Of a DNA stretch of 64,000 nucleotides, positions 38,209 through 47,504 are shown piece after piece. The notes under the pieces were generated by a model, which searched no databases, had not been told where the DNA came from, and saw only the letters and a list, made by a program, of their open reading frames with translations. The translations under genes and the position numbers were made by a program. This DNA comes from a virus, in IMG/VR virus record IMGVR_UViG_3300025759_000058, one strand, 5' to 3'. The stretch's first letter is position 1; each line of letters starts with the position of its first letter.

Positions 38209-38454
38209 ATGAACCAAGCAAAAGTAATGGGCATTCTTAGACACACCTTGACATTCTTAGGTGGTGTGTTAATAACTCAAGGAGTTATCGACGAATCATT
38301 GTACACTGAATTATTCGGTGCAATTATGACATTAGTTGGTGGTGTATGGTCTGTGATCGATAAAAAGACTGTTGAAGCCGTCGAAGATGTTGTAGAAAAT
38401 GTCAAAGAAAAAGTTGATGAGGTTAAAGCAAAAGTAAGTCGTAAACGTAAATAA
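38209..38454 (+). CDS. Small two-TM putative holin (Pam3-gp28-like)
   Basis: GILRHTLTFLGGVLIT.G...GAIMTLVGGVWSVIDK. Confidence 0.65.
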   Translation: MNQAKVMGILRHTLTFLGGVLITQGVIDESLYTELFGAIMTLVGGVWSVIDKKTVEAVEDVVENVKEKVDEVKAKVSRKRK

Positions 38455-38475
38455 TCATATTACGATAAAAATAAG

Positions 38476-38500
38476 AAAGGCGCCTTCGGGCGTCTTTTTT
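38476..38500 (+). terminator. Rho-independent terminator, cUUCGg loop
   Basis: AAAGGCGCC-TTCG-GGCGTCTTTTTT. Confidence 0.85.
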
Positions 38501-38650
38501 ACTATATAAATGAGTGGTTTTCTTGCATTGTGTATAATTATAATTGACAATTGATACTACGTATGAAAACGTAGTCCCTGAAATATTAATTACTTTAATA
38601 TTGAGATTAAAAATAATCTCAGTTCCCCAATCAAATATTAGGAGACAAAA

Positions 38651-39544
38651 ATGAATGACCTTTTAAAGGAGGCCATTGCCGACGCAAAAGCTGTGCGTGA
38701 AACTGCAATGGCAAATGCAAAAATTGCATTAGAAGAGGCCTTCACTCCCAGACTCCAAAGCATGTTATCTGCTAAATTAGCCGAAGAAGAAGAGTTAGAA
38801 GAAGAGGACGACGATGTAGTTGCTGAGCCAGCTGCAGAGCCAGTCGCTGAACCTGCTCCCGAAGCTCCGGTTGAGGAAGAAGAGGATATACCTATGGATG
38901 AAGGCGAGTATGAAGACACTATGGAAGAAGAGGAAGATATGGACCTCGAGGAAGAAGATGATATGGACTTAGAAGAAATCATCAGAGAGCTTGAAGGAGA
39001 AATGGAAGCTGACGAAGAACCTGTTGCCGAAGGCGAGGGTGAAGACGATGAGCCTGTTTCTGAAGGCGAAGGTGAAGAAGAAGAGACTGTATCCGAAGGT
39101 GATGATGAAGAAGTTTCAATCGACGAAATTATCAAAGCATTGCGTGAAGAGGACGGAGAGGAAGAGGAGCCAGTAGCGGAAGCTGAAGATAAGGCCGAAG
39201 AATTGGAAGAAGCTTATCAAGTCATCAAATTCTTAAAGTCTAAAATTAACGAAGTAAATCTTCTTAATGCAAAGTTGTTGTTCTCTAACAAGTTGTTTAG
39301 AAATTATTCATTGAACGAAAACCAAAAGGTTAAAGTTATTGAAAATTTCGATCGCGCACGTACGTTGCGTGAAGTAAAGTTAGTTTACAGCACATTAGCT
39401 GAATCGTTTATTACGACTAAAGCTAAAAGACAAATTAAAGAAAGCTATGCATCTAAGCCAACGCCTTCTACAAGACCATCTAAGCAGGTGATCAATGAAG
39501 GTAATGATTTAGCTGCTCGCTGGAAAAAATTAGCTAACATTTAA
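38651..39544 (+). CDS. Prohead core/scaffold protein (gp22-like)
   Basis: Highly acidic with many x-x-E repeats, immediately upstream of MCP, AGGAG SD. Confidence 0.8.
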   Translation: MNDLLKEAIADAKAVRETAMANAKIALEEAFTPRLQSMLSAKLAEEEELEEEDDDVVAEPAAEPVAEPAPEAPVEEEEDIPMDEGEYEDTMEEEEDMDLEEEDDMDLEEIIRELEGEMEADEEPVAEGEGEDDEPVSEGEGEEEETVSEGDDEEVSIDEIIKALREEDGEEEEPVAEAEDKAEELEEAYQVIKFLKSKINEVNLLNAKLLFSNKLFRNYSLNENQKVKVIENFDRARTLREVKLVYSTLAESFITTKAKRQIKESYASKPTPSTRPSKQVINEGNDLAARWKKLANI

Positions 39545-39561
39545 TCACGGAGATTATTAAA

Positions 39562-41274
39562 ATGAACGTAAGCTCATTATTACCTACCGATGCAATGGCT
39601 AACCAAAATGCGGCTTCACTTCAATTAGAAAAGAAGTGGGAAAAGACCGGTCTTTTGGAAGGTATTGCTTCTGAGGTAGACAGAAAAGGAATGGCCGTCC
39701 TTTTAGAAAACCAGGCCAAGCAACTCGTATCAGAAGTTAACAATACTGGTACTGGTGCAAGCGATGAACAATGGGCGGGTGTTGCTCTTCCATTAGTACG
39801 TAGAATTTTTGCTGAAATTGCTGCAAAAGATTTCGTATCAGTTCAACCTATGAACCTTCCTTCCGGACTCGTATTCTACTTGGACTTCAAGTATGGTACT
39901 GCTCAAGGAACTAACGGTTTCAATGGCTCAACAGGTAATGACTTCTTAACTAGCCAAGGTAGAACATCTCAAGCCGATTCTGTATTTGGTATTACCGATG
40001 CAGGTGACTTAGGTACATCTGCTGCTGGAGGAGCTGCTCCTTCTGAAGGTTTATATGGTGCAGGTCGATTTGGATATACAATCAATGATGCTACTGAAAT
40101 TGTTGCAGTAAGCACTGGTTCATATGATCCATTTACTGCTACCTTTACTGAAGGCGGTGCTGCATTGACTGGATTGCAATTAGACAAGTTCACTAACTTT
40201 AATGCAGAGTTTTCTGCTAGTGCAGCTGCTAATACTAGAGCATACCAAGTTGTTCGTGTTACCAAGGCAGATTTAACTGCTCCAGATACTAATGGTATTA
40301 GAGCATTTAACTTGTCAGGTTCTGGTATTACTAATATCGTTCCTGAATTTACTCGTCAAGATTCAACGCACATCTACTTCTTAGCTCAAACTGCTTCAAC
40401 TCCTGTTGTAACAGGTGCGGATGCAGTTGTCGTTGCTTATCACAAGCAGCCTGCAGACAATTCTAGAGGCGATTTTGAAGATACAACTGGCGGTAACTTA
40501 ACTGATTCAACGATCCTCGATATTCCAGAAATCAATTTGGAAATGAGAAGTGAGGCAATTGTTGCTAAGACTCGTAAGTTGAAAGCTGTTTGGTCTCCTG
40601 AGTTTGCTCAAGACTTGAACGCTTACCACAGCATTGACGCTGAGGCTGAGTTGACTAGCATGTTGTCTGAGTACGTTTCTCAAGAAATTGACTTGGAACT
40701 TTTAGACATGTTGATTCAGAATGCTCAAACAACTGAGCGTTGGTCTGCAAAAGTTGGATATGAGTTTGATACTACTACCAACACCTTTACTCAAGGTAAT
40801 GCAACTGCTCAAGCTTACAACCAAGGTACTTGGTTCCAAACTTTAGGAACTAAGATCCAAAAGGTAAGCAATAAGATTCACCAATTGACGTTGAGAGGCG
40901 GAGCAAACTTCTTAGTATGTTCTCCGGCTGTTGCAACTATCCTCGAATCTATTCCTGGATATGCTGCTGATACCGACGGTAATAAGACGCAATTTGCAAT
41001 GGGCGTGCAGAAAGTAGGTGCTATCAACAGCAGATTCCAAGTTTACAAGAACCCATATATGACTGAAAATACAATCTTAATGGGTTACAGAGGATCACAG
41101 TTCCTCGAAACTGGTGCTGTTTATGCTCCATACATTCCGCTTATCATGACGCCATTGGTATACGATCCATCTAACTTCACTCCAAGAAAGGGTGTGATGA
41201 CTCGTTATGCCAAGAAGATGGTACGTCCTGAATTCTATGGTAAGGTCTACGTCGGTCACTTGAACGTAGTCTAA
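39562..41274 (+). CDS. Major capsid protein (gp23-like)
   Basis: LLENQ, LVRR, VQPMNLPSGLVFYL, AKTRKLKAVWSPEFAQDL..H.IDAEAEL, YAPYIPL, PRKGVMTRYA. Confidence 0.97.
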   Translation: MNVSSLLPTDAMANQNAASLQLEKKWEKTGLLEGIASEVDRKGMAVLLENQAKQLVSEVNNTGTGASDEQWAGVALPLVRRIFAEIAAKDFVSVQPMNLPSGLVFYLDFKYGTAQGTNGFNGSTGNDFLTSQGRTSQADSVFGITDAGDLGTSAAGGAAPSEGLYGAGRFGYTINDATEIVAVSTGSYDPFTATFTEGGAALTGLQLDKFTNFNAEFSASAAANTRAYQVVRVTKADLTAPDTNGIRAFNLSGSGITNIVPEFTRQDSTHIYFLAQTASTPVVTGADAVVVAYHKQPADNSRGDFEDTTGGNLTDSTILDIPEINLEMRSEAIVAKTRKLKAVWSPEFAQDLNAYHSIDAEAELTSMLSEYVSQEIDLELLDMLIQNAQTTERWSAKVGYEFDTTTNTFTQGNATAQAYNQGTWFQTLGTKIQKVSNKIHQLTLRGGANFLVCSPAVATILESIPGYAADTDGNKTQFAMGVQKVGAINSRFQVYKNPYMTENTILMGYRGSQFLETGAVYAPYIPLIMTPLVYDPSNFTPRKGVMTRYAKKMVRPEFYGKVYVGHLNVV

Positions 41275-41300
41275 TTTATAGAATTAGAATATAACTAGGA

Positions 41301-41326
41301 AAGGGAGGCTTCGGTCTCCCTTTTTT
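41301..41326 (+). terminator. Rho-independent terminator, cUUCGg loop
   Basis: GGGAGGC-TTCG-GTCTCCC-TTTTTT, followed directly by ATATTTAT (41329). Confidence 0.88.
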
Positions 41327-41352
41327 ACATATTTATATAAAATAGGAGTTAC

Positions 41353-42018
41353 ATGGCAAAGCAAAATATCGAGAAAGCCCCGCCAAAAGGTCCAGTTAGG
41401 TTTTCTATAGTATTATCAGAAGAGCAGAAAGCTGCTAAAGCAGAAATTTTAGAATGTCCATATAATTTTATATTAGGCAAGGCAGGTTCGGGAAAAACAT
41501 TATTAGCTGTTCAAGTAGCATTGGACATGTACTTTAAACGTCAGTGTAATAAAATTATAATAACAAGGCCTACAGTATCTACCGAAGATAACGGATTCTT
41601 ACCCGGATCAGAACGAGAAAAAATGGAACCATGGTTAGTACCAATTCGTTCTAATATGAGAAAGGTTTATAATAAGCCAGATATTCTAGAAAAATTAGAG
41701 CAATCAGAAGCGATTGAATTAGTGTCATTAGCTCATTTTAGAGGTAGAACATTTGACAATGCTGTTGTAATAGTCGACGAATTTCAAAATTTAACTAAAT
41801 CACAATTAGCCATGGCAATTGGACGAATCGGAAAAGACTCGAAAATGATATTTACGGGCGATTCGCAACAAATAGATTTGCGTGATAAAAATTACTCAGC
41901 CGTACATGATTTAGCAAAAATTAAAGATTCTGATTATGTATCGAAAATAGTTCTTAAAGATAATCACCGCCATGAAGCAATAGACGAATTGTTAGATTTA
42001 CTTAATGGATATAACTAA
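41353..42018 (+). CDS. phoH: PhoH-family ATPase
   Basis: GKAGSGKT, ITRP, GFLPG, RGRTF, VDEFQN, GRIG..SKMIFTGD..QID, HRH. Confidence 0.93.
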   Translation: MAKQNIEKAPPKGPVRFSIVLSEEQKAAKAEILECPYNFILGKAGSGKTLLAVQVALDMYFKRQCNKIIITRPTVSTEDNGFLPGSEREKMEPWLVPIRSNMRKVYNKPDILEKLEQSEAIELVSLAHFRGRTFDNAVVIVDEFQNLTKSQLAMAIGRIGKDSKMIFTGDSQQIDLRDKNYSAVHDLAKIKDSDYVSKIVLKDNHRHEAIDELLDLLNGYN

Positions 42019-42046
42019 ACGTCATATTTATTAAAAAGGAAAAGAG

Positions 42047-42442
42047 ATGGCTGCAGGCTGGTATAATTTTACTATTGAACAAGGCGCTACGGTAGATTTT
42101 GAACTAACGTATAAAGATTCTAACGGCGATGTTGTCGATTTAACAAAATACACAGCTAGAATGCAGATTAAAAATGCTAAAGGCGGCAACCAAACATATA
42201 TATCATTATCTAGTACATTAGCCAATGACGGTACTGGATTAAATATGAGCGGCTCGTCCGGTACGAATCCGCCCTCAAGTGGTTCCATTGGCGTGTTTAT
42301 TTCTGCTTATTCATCATCTCAATTAACATTTTCCGAGGGTTATTATGATATAGAATTAGTTTCAGGTAGTACATATCCTTATGTAACACGATTATTAGAG
42401 GGTAGAGTAAAACTTTCAAAAGAAGTAACCACAAGTAGCTAA
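42047..42442 (+). CDS. Small Ig-like virion adaptor protein
   Basis: IEQGAT...DLTKYTARMQI...YDIEL...RLLEG.V..SKEVT pattern. Confidence 0.65.
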   Translation: MAAGWYNFTIEQGATVDFELTYKDSNGDVVDLTKYTARMQIKNAKGGNQTYISLSSTLANDGTGLNMSGSSGTNPPSSGSIGVFISAYSSSQLTFSEGYYDIELVSGSTYPYVTRLLEGRVKLSKEVTTSS

Positions 42443-42933
42443 TGTCTCAGAATGTATATGTAAACCCAGATGAATCCCAAGTTACAATAAATGAATCGTC
42501 CCCGAGTATTAACATTGCTACTAGTGATGGCGAGACGATAATTGTTACTCAACAGACTACTAATGTAGTCGAAGTTACTACATTCGGACCTCAAGGACCA
42601 GTAGGTCCAGTCGGACCTCAAGGTGAGACAGGAACGTTTTCTGCATCTGGATCTGTTGAGTTAGCCGATTTATATGCATCCGGCTCTATAACAGCTAGCC
42701 AGGCAATAAGTTCAAGTGACTATGTGTATGCAAAGGGTGTATTTATAAACTCCGGTTCTCGTACAACGAATGATTTCTTTTTAATTAGATCAGAGAGTTT
42801 TGCAGCATTACGTGTTAATGGCGAGGGTGTACTACAACTTGGAAAATTTAATTCCGTTCCATTACCGGTAGACGGTGGTTTATATTATAACAACACCGAT
42901 GATGAGTATTATGTAAGTAAACAAACGAGTTAA
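42442..42933 (+). CDS. Virion protein with short collagen-like segment
   Basis: GPQGPVGPVGPQGETG. Confidence 0.6.
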   Translation: MSQNVYVNPDESQVTINESSPSINIATSDGETIIVTQQTTNVVEVTTFGPQGPVGPVGPQGETGTFSASGSVELADLYASGSITASQAISSSDYVYAKGVFINSGSRTTNDFFLIRSESFAALRVNGEGVLQLGKFNSVPLPVDGGLYYNNTDDEYYVSKQTS

Positions 42934-42972
42934 CATATTTATAAGAAATAAAACTGATAGAGAGGAACCCAT

Positions 42973-45594
42973 ATGGCAACTACATGGCGTAAAATAATTG
43001 TTTCAGGATCAAATGCCGAATTAGCGGATTTAAGTGTATCGGGCAAATTATCGGTAACCGGTTCATTATATGCTGAGTTAACTGAGGATAGCAGTGGCAC
43101 TGCAAAAGTAGTTATTTATGATGAAAATAGTAAACGACTTTTTATAACATCATCAGGCGCCGGCGGCGGCGGAGGAATATTTGTAAGTAAAGACGGCGGC
43201 GACTATTATGCAGCGGATGAGACATTAGTAGTATCCGGATCGTCTTTAAAGACATCGCCAACGGATAATGCACTAAAACAACTACCGGCATCAAATGCAA
43301 ATTCTAAGTATGCATTTATAGTAAGCGAATCTGCATATTTTGCAAATCATAACGTCGGCCACCCAAATTCATTATCATGGCAATCTAATTTAGATAATAC
43401 TATATTTAATTCTTACGATTCTAATACAGATGTATCTCAAATTCTTCGTACGATTGTCGGTGTGATTAGTGCGTCCAATGAGTTGAACGCATTAGTTACA
43501 TCACCGTCACCAAATGCAACGCCATGGAGTACGACAACAGTCTCATATCTAAATGACAGCGCGGCAGATGATACATCGGATTGGACTAATGCATATGTGC
43601 CGGCAACAGCCGCCTCAATTACATTTCCAAGAATTGCACCAGTAAATTATTTACTCGCCAAAGGGTTTTGTTCTGGCGAAGGTAATCCTTTATTTGATGA
43701 AGTGACTACTGTATATCAAAAAACTACATTTACACGAAGGCCGTTATGGGTATCAAATCCGTCAGATTATTTTGATGCCGGCGGCGCAGGAGAAGGTGTT
43801 ACATTTATAGGCAAGGCAACGCAAAGCTTTAGCGATAACCAGTCTGTAACAGACCCAAATGAGTCGACCGGAACATATACGACTCACTCTTATGTATATG
43901 CTACTTCTACAGCCGACACTGCCCCGTTATATGTAAGAAATATTGCAACTGGAACACCGACCGTTATACCGGCACAGTATCAAGAAGCTAAATATGGACA
44001 AATAACATCGTTAGATGCTCGTAAATGGACAGATGGTACTAATTACTCTGGTATTAGCGTTGCATCTAATAACAATGCAATATCATCCAGCGGATATTAT
44101 CGTTGGTACGATTATAAGCTTGGATTTGCATCCAAGTCAAATGCTACAGAATCTGAATTAATTGGTGGGTCGCTCCAAACAGGATTTGCAACAAGCACTA
44201 GATTTTATACACCATTAACTAAAGCAGATATTACATCAATTCAATCGCAAAACGCCACCGGCACAGCAACTAATGAGTTACTTATAGCCACTCAAACGGC
44301 AGCTGAATCTCGTAGTTTATCAGGTGCTCCATATTTAAACGGCGCGAGTTACCTTAACGGTGGTGCTATACGAATACCCCATATATTTGCTCCATTATTT
44401 TATTCGACTACATCTGATACTACGTTGGCATATGTAGATACAACAAAGAGTGCGCCCTTTGCAATATCATCATCGGATGCCGGGTATAAAGTTATTGTAA
44501 ACAGCGGGCAACTACAAGTAGGTAGCCAGGTCGTGACAAGTTTAGGCTCTGCCCTCGGCCAAGGTAGTTTACCACTAGTACCAGATGTTCAGTATACAGC
44601 TTCAATTGGTACTAACGATACGTATGCCATCGGCACGTTAAATAACGATGTTACGTACAACGTTGATCATACAAATGCCGTCGAACGGTACCCGACTGAT
44701 GCATATACATACTTTACAGTTCGTGGCCGATACCTCCCATGGAATACCGGTAATGCGACTAATGCATATACACTCGATAGATTGTTCCATACCGCCGGAA
44801 CATTCGGTCAACCAGCCGCATCGGGCTCATTGTTGTATTGGATATATAATTCAACACCGGGAATTAGCCAAGGTGAATCGGAAACCGCTACTAGATTTAG
44901 GGCCGAAACAAATCGTTTACAGATTCAAGGAAATACGATTGATCAAGCAGTTGCATCAACATGGGATCCGGAAGATAGATTAACGTTAGGTGCTGACGGT
45001 GATTTACAATATAAAGCTGGTGATACATATGGATGGCTTGTCAATCCAGAACATGGTGCCGGATCGACAGGTGTTAATACCGATGGTGGTTATGGATATT
45101 GGTATCCTACCGGTAGTTATAGCAATGGCCATTACAAATGGGCAATGCAAAAGTTTGATTTTGGTTTAGGCTCCGGCGCAAGCTATAGTAGCTTGACTAT
45201 TACTACAAATGGCGATAGTGATTTTGGTGATTTAGTTGCATGGGATAGTACAACTACTAACAAGTATTCGATCGGCGTGATATTTAGTAAACAATTAGAT
45301 GATGCCGGCAACCCTAGAATATTCGACGTATCTGGTACTGGAACTTTTGACCCATCATTAGATAACCAAGGTGCCGGCACCGCCGGCATTAATCCGTTTA
45401 ATGAAACAGTAGATATTAAAAAGTTATGGTCGAGTAGGTCAACAGGTACAAATACAATTACATTAGCACTTAATGCTCCTGCAGGCCAAGTAATTAGTAA
45501 TAGTGGAACGGATTATTCAGAAATATACATTGTAGTTAGATATAAAGGCGCACCAAATGATACATTGCGACAAATTTCGGTATCTGGATCATAA
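42973..45594 (+). CDS. Large fibre/decoration protein (W+K.IVSGS N-terminus)
   Basis: 873 aa, S/T/G rich; late motif and SD. Confidence 0.6.
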   Translation: MATTWRKIIVSGSNAELADLSVSGKLSVTGSLYAELTEDSSGTAKVVIYDENSKRLFITSSGAGGGGGIFVSKDGGDYYAADETLVVSGSSLKTSPTDNALKQLPASNANSKYAFIVSESAYFANHNVGHPNSLSWQSNLDNTIFNSYDSNTDVSQILRTIVGVISASNELNALVTSPSPNATPWSTTTVSYLNDSAADDTSDWTNAYVPATAASITFPRIAPVNYLLAKGFCSGEGNPLFDEVTTVYQKTTFTRRPLWVSNPSDYFDAGGAGEGVTFIGKATQSFSDNQSVTDPNESTGTYTTHSYVYATSTADTAPLYVRNIATGTPTVIPAQYQEAKYGQITSLDARKWTDGTNYSGISVASNNNAISSSGYYRWYDYKLGFASKSNATESELIGGSLQTGFATSTRFYTPLTKADITSIQSQNATGTATNELLIATQTAAESRSLSGAPYLNGASYLNGGAIRIPHIFAPLFYSTTSDTTLAYVDTTKSAPFAISSSDAGYKVIVNSGQLQVGSQVVTSLGSALGQGSLPLVPDVQYTASIGTNDTYAIGTLNNDVTYNVDHTNAVERYPTDAYTYFTVRGRYLPWNTGNATNAYTLDRLFHTAGTFGQPAASGSLLYWIYNSTPGISQGESETATRFRAETNRLQIQGNTIDQAVASTWDPEDRLTLGADGDLQYKAGDTYGWLVNPEHGAGSTGVNTDGGYGYWYPTGSYSNGHYKWAMQKFDFGLGSGASYSSLTITTNGDSDFGDLVAWDSTTTNKYSIGVIFSKQLDDAGNPRIFDVSGTGTFDPSLDNQGAGTAGINPFNETVDIKKLWSSRSTGTNTITLALNAPAGQVISNSGTDYSEIYIVVRYKGAPNDTLRQISVSGS

Positions 45595-45613
45595 TATACA
45601 AGAGGATTAATAA

Positions 45614-47203
45614 ATGGCATTTGTAAGCTCATCATTTTCAAATAGAAAACTTCAAAACAGAAGATATACAACTGATAAAGTAACAGATACTCAAGAAGCA
45701 TATACTAGCGTACTTGACGTTAACGCAAATGAAGTCTTTTCAGATGTTAGATATATACCGACCTCATCGGCCGGCATACCATTTTCTGGTTCATCGCAAT
45801 CCGGACTTATTGTTTCTGCTAGTAATTTAGATACGTCAATAACGCCTGGTAGTGCTGATGATCTTCCTATTTTAAAGTATTGGTATCGTCATAAATTAAA
45901 ACCGGCAAATACCGGCACTGGACGAGATACATACTTTTTTACTACATCTGAACCAACCGATACGGATACCGATACAACCGGCGGAACTTCATTAATTGTC
46001 AGTGATCAGTTAACAAATTTTGTTTCTCCTAAATATATTAGTGCAGAAAATGCATCAGATTCAATTAATGATGCGGAAGGTAGTCAGGCCGGCGCCCCGG
46101 GATATGTTGTGCGATTATTTGAGTCGACAAATTCCGACCCAGCATCATTATCAGGCGGCGACGAAATATCATCGGCTGATTACGTATTTGATTATAAGAC
46201 AGGTGTAGTTGCATTTAACACAGCCAGAACGGCCGGCCGTTGGGTATATGCATCGGTCTACCAATACATAGGACGTACATTAGGAAGTCAAATCGCCGAT
46301 GGAACATTAGGCGGTTCGGTTGATTACGGAAATGGGCAGACTAGTGCTGAGTTTTCATCATCTATTGCAACGAGAGCAACCGATCTAGAAAGCGCTTCAG
46401 GCTCATTTAGTACTAGAGTAACTACTAACGAATCAAATATTAGTACTAATCAAACCGATATTTCAAATCTTCAAACTGATTCAGGTTCGTTTAGTACTAG
46501 AGTAACTGCCAATGAAACTGATATTAGTACTAATCAAACCGATATATCCAATCTTCAATCAGATTCTGCATCATTTAGTACTAGAGTAACTACTAATGAG
46601 ACGGATATTACAAATCTTCAGACAGATTCTGCTTCGTTTAGTACACGTGTTACTACTAACGAATCAAATATTAGTACTAATCAATCTGACATATCAAGCC
46701 TCCAAACGGATTCAGGTTCATTTAGTACTAGAGTAACAACATTAGAAGGTAATGTCGGTCAGGCAGTAAATACCGATTCGGATGTTGAATTTGCAAACAT
46801 TGATGTTACCGGTAATTTAACCGTTGATGGTGATTTAACCGTTAATGGAGATTTGACATCCATTAGTACAACTAATTTAGATGTTAAAGATGCATTTATA
46901 TATTTAGCATCGGGGTCAACAACTGCTAATGTCGATGCTGGTATATTTGTCCAATCTGGTTCTGCAGATAGTTCAGGCTCAGCATTATATCATGATAAAG
47001 GTGATCAACGTTGGGCGGTTGCAAAACATATGGCACAAGGTGACGCTGATCTATCTGCCAACTCAAATATAACTAGATCATATGTTGTAACGACCGCAGC
47101 CGCCGCCGGAGCACCGGATGATGCAGATGTAAAGTATGGATATGGAGAAATTTATATTAATAGTACTAATGGTGATATTTACATAAGAACAACTCAAGAC
47201 TAA
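45614..47203 (+). CDS. Fibre protein with heptad tandem repeats
   Basis: S.SFSTRVT repeats; VTGNLTVDGD beta repeats; GEIYIN...GDIYI C-terminus. Confidence 0.65.
   Translation: MAFVSSSFSNRKLQNRRYTTDKVTDTQEAYTSVLDVNANEVFSDVRYIPTSSAGIPFSGSSQSGLIVSASNLDTSITPGSADDLPILKYWYRHKLKPANTGTGRDTYFFTTSEPTDTDTDTTGGTSLIVSDQLTNFVSPKYISAENASDSINDAEGSQAGAPGYVVRLFESTNSDPASLSGGDEISSADYVFDYKTGVVAFNTARTAGRWVYASVYQYIGRTLGSQIADGTLGGSVDYGNGQTSAEFSSSIATRATDLESASGSFSTRVTTNESNISTNQTDISNLQTDSGSFSTRVTANETDISTNQTDISNLQSDSASFSTRVTTNETDITNLQTDSASFSTRVTTNESNISTNQSDISSLQTDSGSFSTRVTTLEGNVGQAVNTDSDVEFANIDVTGNLTVDGDLTVNGDLTSISTTNLDVKDAFIYLASGSTTANVDAGIFVQSGSADSSGSALYHDKGDQRWAVAKHMAQGDADLSANSNITRSYVVTTAAAAGAPDDADVKYGYGEIYINSTNGDIYIRTTQD
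46397..46747 (+). repeat. Coding tandem repeat with periods 84/84/63/84 nt
   Basis: Units start at 46397, 46481, 46565, 46628, 46712, each S(G/A)SFSTRVT. Confidence 0.9.
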
Positions 47204-47217
47204 TTAGGTTATGAACA

Positions 47218-47424
47218 ATGGGTCTCAAAGTTAACGGCAATTTTCGTATAGGAGGTACGGAACACCACCATCCATTAACATCGGAAGAAATAGAATTTTT
47301 ATTACGGATATTAGCAGATATGGATTTTAAAGGATATATGTTAAATAACGTAATAACAATAACTTATAAATTACAACAGGAGTATGAAGCAGTAAAACAA
47401 AAAGAAGACATGACGAACAAATAA
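47218..47424 (+). CDS. Small hypothetical protein
   Basis: 68 aa, helical LTSEEIEFLL...KLQQEY. Confidence 0.55.
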   Translation: MGLKVNGNFRIGGTEHHHPLTSEEIEFLLRILADMDFKGYMLNNVITITYKLQQEYEAVKQKEDMTNK

Positions 47425-47442
47425 TTCTGATTGATCTAATTA

Positions 47443-47483
47443 TTGGCCGGCGCGAGTCGGAAGTGGGCTTTTATAGTAACCAA
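47443..47483 (+). ncRNA. Candidate structured cis-regulatory RNA leader
   Basis: GC-rich intergenic patch: TTGG/CCAA closing stem, CCGGC-GCGA-GTCGG GNRA hairpin. Confidence 0.4.
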
Positions 47484-47504
47484 CCGTAGTTAGGAAAAAG
47501 AAAG

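Noticed and set aside
25768-41274. Introns or inteins in terL, portal or MCP
   Set aside because: ORFs are continuous, of plausible size, with no splicing or homing-endonuclease motifs seen
46397-46747. Possible CRISPR array
   Set aside because: Repeats are degenerate at synonymous positions, in frame, and lack unique spacers
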